IMG/VR virus record: IMGVR_UViG_3300005805_000311
Span: 1 to 30,655 of that record
DNA length: 30,655 bases
Strand: one strand, 5' to 3'
Source of the DNA: a virus
Taxonomy: Duplodnaviria > Caudoviricetes
Shown here: positions 25,649 to 30,655 of the stretch, piece after piece
Layout: each line of letters opens with the position of its first letter
Numbering within the stretch: the first letter of the stretch is position 1
The notes under the pieces: generated by a model
What the model was told of the DNA's origin: nothing
What the model saw: only the letters and a program-made list of their open reading frames with translations
Databases searched by the model: none
Translations under genes and position numbers: made by a program

Positions 25649-27093
25649 CTCTCACCAAAACAAAACAAGAGCGCCTACGCTCGCCGCAACCGGAAATGAT
25701 TGGTCGTGCTGACCAAGAGCATGGTCGATGGGAAGTTGGCGACTCGCCAGCGACTCGTGGTATTCCTCACACTGACTTGCATAATCGCAAGATGGTTGCA
25801 CCTCACGGTGAGGATGAACTAGACCGAGCCATTCGTGGACACGAAATGATGCATGCCAAAGTTTCGCCAGCACCAGCAGAAATGTTGGCCTACTTAGCAC
25901 GAGAGGTTGCCTCAGAGGGATCGCTTCGTGCTGTTGAGGAGGCTCGAGTGAACTCGTTATGCAACCGAGTAGGCATTCCAGTTCAGAAGTATCTCACCGA
26001 TGGAAGTGAAAAAGCCGCAGGCAAGAAACTCGCTGAGGCTGATGATCTCACTCAACTTGTTCTCGGTGCTGTTGGCACTGCAGGAACTATTGGTGGCACT
26101 GAGTTCATCAAAGGTATTCGCTCAGTAAATAAAGGCACTGCCAAAGTTATGGCCAGTATTCAGAAGCAAGTCATGAAGAATATTGATGCCATCCATATGA
26201 GCGAACTTGGGAAAGTATCGGTTGATGGTGAAGAAAGTGGCTTCGCTCATACTGAGAGAATTGCCGAATGGGTCGATACTCTCATTGAAAAAATGGAAGA
26301 AGAAAAGCGCGAGGATGAGTCAAAAGGTAAGTCCGATGGCGAGTCCGATGGCGAGTCCGATGGCGAACCAAGCGACCCAACTGGCACTATGCCAAAAGAG
26401 AGCAAAGACAAAAAGACCAAGCGAGAGCCAAGCGATCCAACAAAGACCAAGCCACGACCAGCAAGAGCAAAAATTCCTAGTTGGGGCAAGTTGCGAATTA
26501 AGAAACTTGCGATGCCTGAAGCGACTCGAGGCAACTTGGGTAAGAAGCGTATCGCAAGCGACACTGGCAAGAACCCTCGCCGTATGCACCGATATCTCAC
26601 TGATCGCAAAGTGTTTGATCGCACCAGCAAAGGTATGGGTGGTGTCGTGCTTATTGATGCCAGTGGCTCAATGCAGTTCGGACACAATGACATTCGTGAC
26701 ATTGTTGAGGCCGCACCCGGTTGCACCGTTGCGATGTATACAGAAGTTTCATCCAGCAAACCAAACTTGTGGATACTCGCTGAGAGAGGTCGTATCTGTA
26801 AGAAGTCAGAGATGCCCGATGACCGATGTGGGAATGTCGTGGACTATCCAGCACTTAAATGGGCGACCAAGCAACGTCAACGCTCTGCCTCACCAGTGGT
26901 ATGGGTGAGCGATGGTGGAGTCACTGGCGAGCATGACCATTCGCACGAGTCACTCAATAGGCAAGTAGGCAGATATGTCGCTCACGAGCGAGTGTTAGTC
27001 GTGAGAGATGTTGCCCAAGCCAAAGTGTTGCTCGGCAAATTACGAAACAATGTCAAGGTAGCGCGACCCGAGATACCCTCTCGACTGAAATAA
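25645..27093 (+). CDS. HExxH metallopeptidase-like plus vWA domain protein (CobT-like partner)
   Basis: HEMMH..VEE.RV, charged linker, LIDASGSM MIDAS motif, SDG. Confidence 0.85.
   Translation: MTLTKTKQERLRSPQPEMIGRADQEHGRWEVGDSPATRGIPHTDLHNRKMVAPHGEDELDRAIRGHEMMHAKVSPAPAEMLAYLAREVASEGSLRAVEEARVNSLCNRVGIPVQKYLTDGSEKAAGKKLAEADDLTQLVLGAVGTAGTIGGTEFIKGIRSVNKGTAKVMASIQKQVMKNIDAIHMSELGKVSVDGEESGFAHTERIAEWVDTLIEKMEEEKREDESKGKSDGESDGESDGEPSDPTGTMPKESKDKKTKREPSDPTKTKPRPARAKIPSWGKLRIKKLAMPEATRGNLGKKRIASDTGKNPRRMHRYLTDRKVFDRTSKGMGGVVLIDASGSMQFGHNDIRDIVEAAPGCTVAMYTEVSSSKPNLWILAERGRICKKSEMPDDRCGNVVDYPALKWATKQRQRSASPVVWVSDGGVTGEHDHSHESLNRQVGRYVAHERVLVVRDVAQAKVLLGKLRNNVKVARPEIPSRLK
26330..26365 (+). repeat. 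12-bp tandem repeat x3 (AGTCCGATGGCG; SDGE) in the linker
   Basis: Direct inspection. Confidence 0.9.
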
Positions 27094-27109
27094 TTACCTG
27101 ACCCAGATC

Positions 27110-27159
27110 GGTGGGCCTGTCAGCAGGAGCTTGGTCGCTCCACTGTTGGTGGGTCCACC
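27110..27159 (+). ncRNA. Long G-U-rich intergenic RNA hairpin
   Basis: About 21-bp stem with 5 G-U pairs, a 2-nt bulge and loop UUGGUC. Confidence 0.65.
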
Positions 27160-27180
27160 ACAACAAGGAGGAATAACATA

Positions 27181-27342
27181 ATGAGTGAAGTATTTATTGG
27201 AACATGCGAAATGGAAACAAATATTTGGGCCTGCGGCAATTGTGAAACACTTGTTGGAACAAATGTTAAACCATTATTAGAATCAGAACAAACCGAATAT
27301 CGTTATGTCTGCGTGTCTTGCGCTCGAAAGTTTGGAGAATAA
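27181..27342 (+). CDS. Zn-ribbon protein, 53 aa
   Basis: AAGGAGG RBS, CGNC...CVSC. Not in the track. Confidence 0.7.
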   Translation: MSEVFIGTCEMETNIWACGNCETLVGTNVKPLLESEQTEYRYVCVSCARKFGE

Positions 27343-27345
27343 ACA

Positions 27346-27612
27346 ATGAACATTGACACTAATAAAACTGAAATAGAATTCATTGATGGGATGTCCGAAC
27401 ATCGATGGGTAGAGAGATACCTTGATCCAATTCGCGCAGTAAAAGAAGGCCAAGAGCCTTCGGATGAATTGGTTGATGGGTTCGCTGGGTTCGTGCTTGA
27501 TGGCATACTCTCAACGAAACTCATACACGGAGAGGAAGCCAACGATTGGGAGTGTGTGCTGCTAGTCGAGCAACTCATCATTGAGGCAAAAGAAATAGTA
27601 GGGAAGTTCTAA
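27346..27612 (+). CDS. Acidic hypothetical protein
   Basis: GGAG RBS, tightly packed. Confidence 0.7.
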   Translation: MNIDTNKTEIEFIDGMSEHRWVERYLDPIRAVKEGQEPSDELVDGFAGFVLDGILSTKLIHGEEANDWECVLLVEQLIIEAKEIVGKF

Positions 27613-27833
27613 TGCTGGGCGATGACAATTACTACGATCCAGCAGACAGCTCACTGGGTTCCGGTGTTGAGCGAGTAGAGACTCCCTACACTGCTTACCT
27701 GTGCAGCGAGGACGTAGTGGCTCTTATAGAGCGACTTGACTACTATGCAGGGGACAGAACCTGGAAGTTGGCCACCCTCGACAGAACCAACGATGGCAAG
27801 TTCTACGCATTCTTAACGCGGTTCGGTAATTAG
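27612..27833 (+). CDS. Hypothetical protein
   Basis: TAATG coupling. Confidence 0.65.
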   Translation: MLGDDNYYDPADSSLGSGVERVETPYTAYLCSEDVVALIERLDYYAGDRTWKLATLDRTNDGKFYAFLTRFGN

Positions 27834-28045
27834 TTACGAGGCTTGAGCCACATGCGCCACACAACAGCGAGAGTCCCCAGTATGCCGGCCTCTCGCCATT
27901 CAACCTTCCAATCAATGGCCTCAACCTGTGTGCGCAAAACCCAAGCTGCCGCGAAGATCATCAATGCATGCGCAAGACATGTGAAGATGAAAGCAGCGAA
28001 GACTATCGCTGGGCGTCGATTTGAAGTTTCATTTACTGCTGGCAT
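27830..28045 (-). CDS. Small membrane protein
   Basis: Two hydrophobic segments, start uncertain. Confidence 0.6.
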   Translation of the reverse strand: MPAVNETSNRRPAIVFAAFIFTCLAHALMIFAAAWVLRTQVEAIDWKVEWREAGILGTLAVVWRMWLKPRN

Positions 28046-28127
28046 AGATCAAACATGGCTCCTCTCGCGCCGCTATTTGCGGCGTGTCTGGAATAGGCTA
28101 TCATTTAATGACGGTGGAGGATCATTT

Positions 28128-28475
28128 GTGGAATATCAAAATGGTGTTTACGAAAAATTTAGCGCGGCAGTCAACGACTCAAACCAAAATGATCTTGACC
28201 CAACACTGCTGTTCATAGCCACCGACGGACGGTTTATATTTAAAGCCTTCTCTGCCCCGGCAACAGCCGTTGAAGGTGACTACTACTGCTCAACCGGCTT
28301 TGATGATGACACCTACATGGGTGTTTGGTCTCACGATTGGATACGCAAGCAGATGGATGAGATGGATAAATCGGATGATCCGGACGCGGATTGGGCGAAG
28401 ATAATGGAAAAGATGGTCTTTACCATAGCTGAATATTCAGATGGTATAACACCCCCAGGGGTCGGGAGCTTATGA
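28128..28475 (+). CDS. Acidic hypothetical protein
   Basis: GTG 28128 lies 7 nt after GGAGG. The upstream extension in the track overlaps another gene. Confidence 0.65.
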   Translation: MEYQNGVYEKFSAAVNDSNQNDLDPTLLFIATDGRFIFKAFSAPATAVEGDYYCSTGFDDDTYMGVWSHDWIRKQMDEMDKSDDPDADWAKIMEKMVFTIAEYSDGITPPGVGSL

Positions 28476-28642
28476 GATCCCATACTCCACACACCACCGA
28501 CAAGATCAATTAACTCAACCCACCCAAGGGGGCAGACATATTGTCTCACATCCCATTGATGGCCCGGCGAAAGAATTGACGGTGGAGGATGACCCAGCAA
28601 AACCGTGCTGATAAAAAATTTTAATAAATTCTGAATAGATGC

Positions 28643-28671
28643 TTGACAGGGCATACCGTGTCCGCTAGTTT
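28643..28671 (+). promoter_or_regulatory. Housekeeping-sigma promoter
   Basis: TTGACA-N17-TAGTTT with an AT-rich upstream tract. Confidence 0.7.
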
Positions 28672-28881
28672 CTCAATCACAACATAGTGACGTCACACCA
28701 CTAGTCTACGAACTCGCACCCTACAGAGGTGGGGCTGCAGGGGCCTTGCAAAAAACCGGTAATCGCCGGGTAAAGTTCCCCCAAACCCCCTCAAAGATTT
28801 ACTTACTTTGATAATCTTTGGTATTGTTTTTTCGTTGATGAAAGGTATTAACTGACGGTGGTGGATGAAAACCAAGAGGAG

Positions 28882-29268
28882 ATGGGAATGAGATTGTTTC
28901 CGGTTGAAGAGAAACCCGTCAAAGGCAAGAAAATTGCCAGACGGAATGCCAGGAAATCTGCCTATGAAAAAGTTTTGCCGGGTGAAATCGAAGAACTCTT
29001 TACCTTTTGGCGCGAAACATTATCCAAAAAAGCCTTGCTTTCCGATGAGCGGCGGGCTATTCTTGCTTGGGCGATAGTCAATTACGGAATGGAGAAGTGC
29101 AAGATGGCCATACGAGGCTGCGCAATGAGCGATTGGCATATGGGACGGAACCCAAACAACGTCCGATATGACTCTATTGAACTTATTTTTCGAGACTCAG
29201 GCAAAGTTGAGTGGTTCCTTAGCAAGTCTGGGTCTGAATTGCCGGGTCAAACTGGCGACCCTTTTTGA
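28882..29268 (+). CDS. Phage replication initiator-like protein (C-terminal-domain type)
   Basis: F.FW......LSDERR.........AI.GC..S.WHMG.N....Y..IELIFR pattern, GAGGAG RBS, next to a loader-like gene. Confidence 0.55.
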   Translation: MGMRLFPVEEKPVKGKKIARRNARKSAYEKVLPGEIEELFTFWRETLSKKALLSDERRAILAWAIVNYGMEKCKMAIRGCAMSDWHMGRNPNNVRYDSIELIFRDSGKVEWFLSKSGSELPGQTGDPF

Positions 29269-29281
29269 TTGACGGTGGCGC

Positions 29282-29545
29282 ATGACTGAAAATATTCAAA
29301 TTAATGATATGGTCAAGTTAATGGCCCAATCAGAACCCTGCCTATTCAACAACTCCAAGGAGAACTTGATGCCAGTGACCCAGAAACCTTCGGTTGATTC
29401 CAAGCATCTGCCGGTAACCAAACGTATGTTCGCTATTGCAAGGTGGCACGGTGCCCTACAAGCCATGTTTGAGGTGGAACTATTCGGCCACAGCCTCTAT
29501 ACAACCCCCACTCTTGTTACGACGGTGGCGCATGACCAAGGATGA
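29282..29545 (+). CDS. Hypothetical protein (start may be TTG 29366)
   Basis: Open frame, AAGGAG before the internal start. Confidence 0.45.
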   Translation: MTENIQINDMVKLMAQSEPCLFNNSKENLMPVTQKPSVDSKHLPVTKRMFAIARWHGALQAMFEVELFGHSLYTTPTLVTTVAHDQG

Positions 29546-30002
29546 ACTCGTAGAACTGGTTAAAAGAATCCATGCGGCACATAACAAGCCGATAATGAAA
29601 GCTGATGAGACCCACACATTCCGTGCTTGGTGGGACATACTGGGTCACTTGGACGAATCAACGGTCTGGAACGCCTACATAAGCGGCGCGGCAACAAGGA
29701 AATGGCTTCCATCGCCGGGTGAAATACTTTCGACGGTGGTGGATGAGATGCTTGGTGGCTTTCCCACACCACTACAAGCATGGGGACAGTTCCAAGACCA
29801 GGTAAGAGCAGCCAATGCCGGCACTCAATCAAACCGTATTCCTCATTCCACGGTTATAGAGACCGTCAAACGTCTAGGGGACGAGGCATATAGGCTAGGC
29901 GAGCGCGACAGACAAGCCTTTATAGCTGAATGGGAAGCAGTAAGGGACGGACTTATCAGGGAACAAGCAGACAAACTCATCCCTAGACAACCGGTAGAGT
30001 AG
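29532..30002 (+). CDS. Replicative helicase loader/inhibitor (G39P-like)
   Basis: MT.DE...L...I.AA...W..IL..L....V..A.......W.PSPGEI, then AW. Confidence 0.65.
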   Translation: MTKDELVELVKRIHAAHNKPIMKADETHTFRAWWDILGHLDESTVWNAYISGAATRKWLPSPGEILSTVVDEMLGGFPTPLQAWGQFQDQVRAANAGTQSNRIPHSTVIETVKRLGDEAYRLGERDRQAFIAEWEAVRDGLIREQADKLIPRQPVE

Positions 30003-30074
30003 TAATTAACCACACTTTCCTTGGTGTATAGTCTCCCCTTATGTTTGACCCGGCAATTGACGGTGGTAGATGAG

Positions 30075-30215
30075 ATGGCAAAGCGTTCTGTATGGGTATG
30101 CCCAGAGTGTAAAGAGGTAGTTACCCTCTATGTAAGGGCGACAGAAGTAGTCTGCGCCAACAAACATGCCCGTATCCCTATGGTCCAAAAGGATAAACAG
30201 ACGGCCAATAGTTGA
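30075..30215 (+). CDS. Small Zn-ribbon protein
   Basis: WVCPEC...VVC...H...M. Confidence 0.6.
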   Translation: MAKRSVWVCPECKEVVTLYVRATEVVCANKHARIPMVQKDKQTANS

Positions 30216-30220
30216 GAAAG

Positions 30221-30229
30221 TTATCCACA
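30221..30229 (+). promoter_or_regulatory. Consensus DnaA box
   Basis: TTATCCACA, intergenic, downstream of replication genes. Confidence 0.5.
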
Positions 30230-30655
30230 GGCTGTGCGTACCAGTTAGAACCAGTTCCGTACCGGTTACTCACCAGTAACCCCAGAACCAGACCCGGCAA
30301 TAAAGCCAGACACATGTTCATACCCGGCAAAACGGTATTGTAACCCGACGACAAAATTTTGAGAATCCGAAAAGACCCGGCGAAAAAAAAGCTTTTTCCC
30401 CTTTTCTGTTTGACGGTGGTTTATGACCCAAATGATATCTCCTCGTATGGTAAGTTCTCTCTTGTGGAAGACCCAACCAAAGTATTAGCCAGAGAGCGAG
30501 AGTGTTCTACTTGTATCTACTTTGACCGAAGCCTCTTTGACGGGTTTGAAGCAGGTACTGGACCTGGTTATTGCCGTAGGTATCCACCAATCTTGTACGC
30601 CGTTGAAAACAAACCAGTGAAACAAAGTCAGCCAGTGGTAAGTCCTTGGGAGTGG

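Larger units (their letters stand above)
19232..30426 (+). repeat. Dispersed asymmetric 16-mer YGACGGTGGNNNATSA, 10 copies, all on the + strand
   Basis: Starts at 19232, 22733, 28109, 28577, 28853, 29270, 29520, 29731, 30058, 30411. Confidence 0.85.

Noticed and set aside
26207-26908. 233-aa alternative-frame ORF and antisense ORFs within the vWA gene
   Set aside because: Fully overlap a well-supported gene, with no RBS or recognisable motifs.
27843-28127. N-terminal extension of the 210-aa ORF
   Set aside because: Overlaps an opposite-strand membrane gene. A better start is GTG 28128 with an SD.
1-30655. tRNA, rRNA, transposase or reverse transcriptase genes
   Set aside because: No cloverleaf/T-loop signature or catalytic motifs recognised by eye. 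tRNAscan was not run.

Overview
The window has two unrelated-looking phage segments joined abruptly near 9546. Left (1-~9546, AT-richer, all + strand): a T4-like large-phage head module with putative internal head proteins (one ADP-ribosyltransferase-like), portal gp20, prohead protease gp21, a HAD protein, ribosomal protein bS21, scaffold gp22 and a major capsid gene gp23 cut off after ~152 codons. Right (~9547-30655, more GC-balanced, mixed strands): an early/accessory region, probably from a phage of freshwater Actinomycetota, with ~55 small genes, an AAA+/vWA pair and a replication initiator/helicase-loader pair. The right segment carries a regulatory layer that the ORF track does not show. 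(1) 21 copies of a fixed-geometry promoter, YGCGCYNNNRGATK-N9-NANNNT-N6-(+1); 14 put the ATG at +1 (leaderless) and 7 have SD leaders. (2) Ten same-strand copies of an operator-like 16-mer, YGACGGTGGNNNATSA. (3) G-U-rich RNA hairpins exposing anti-Shine-Dalgarno sequence, two of them complementary to specific phage RBSs. All motif counts were made by eye and no database searches were run.
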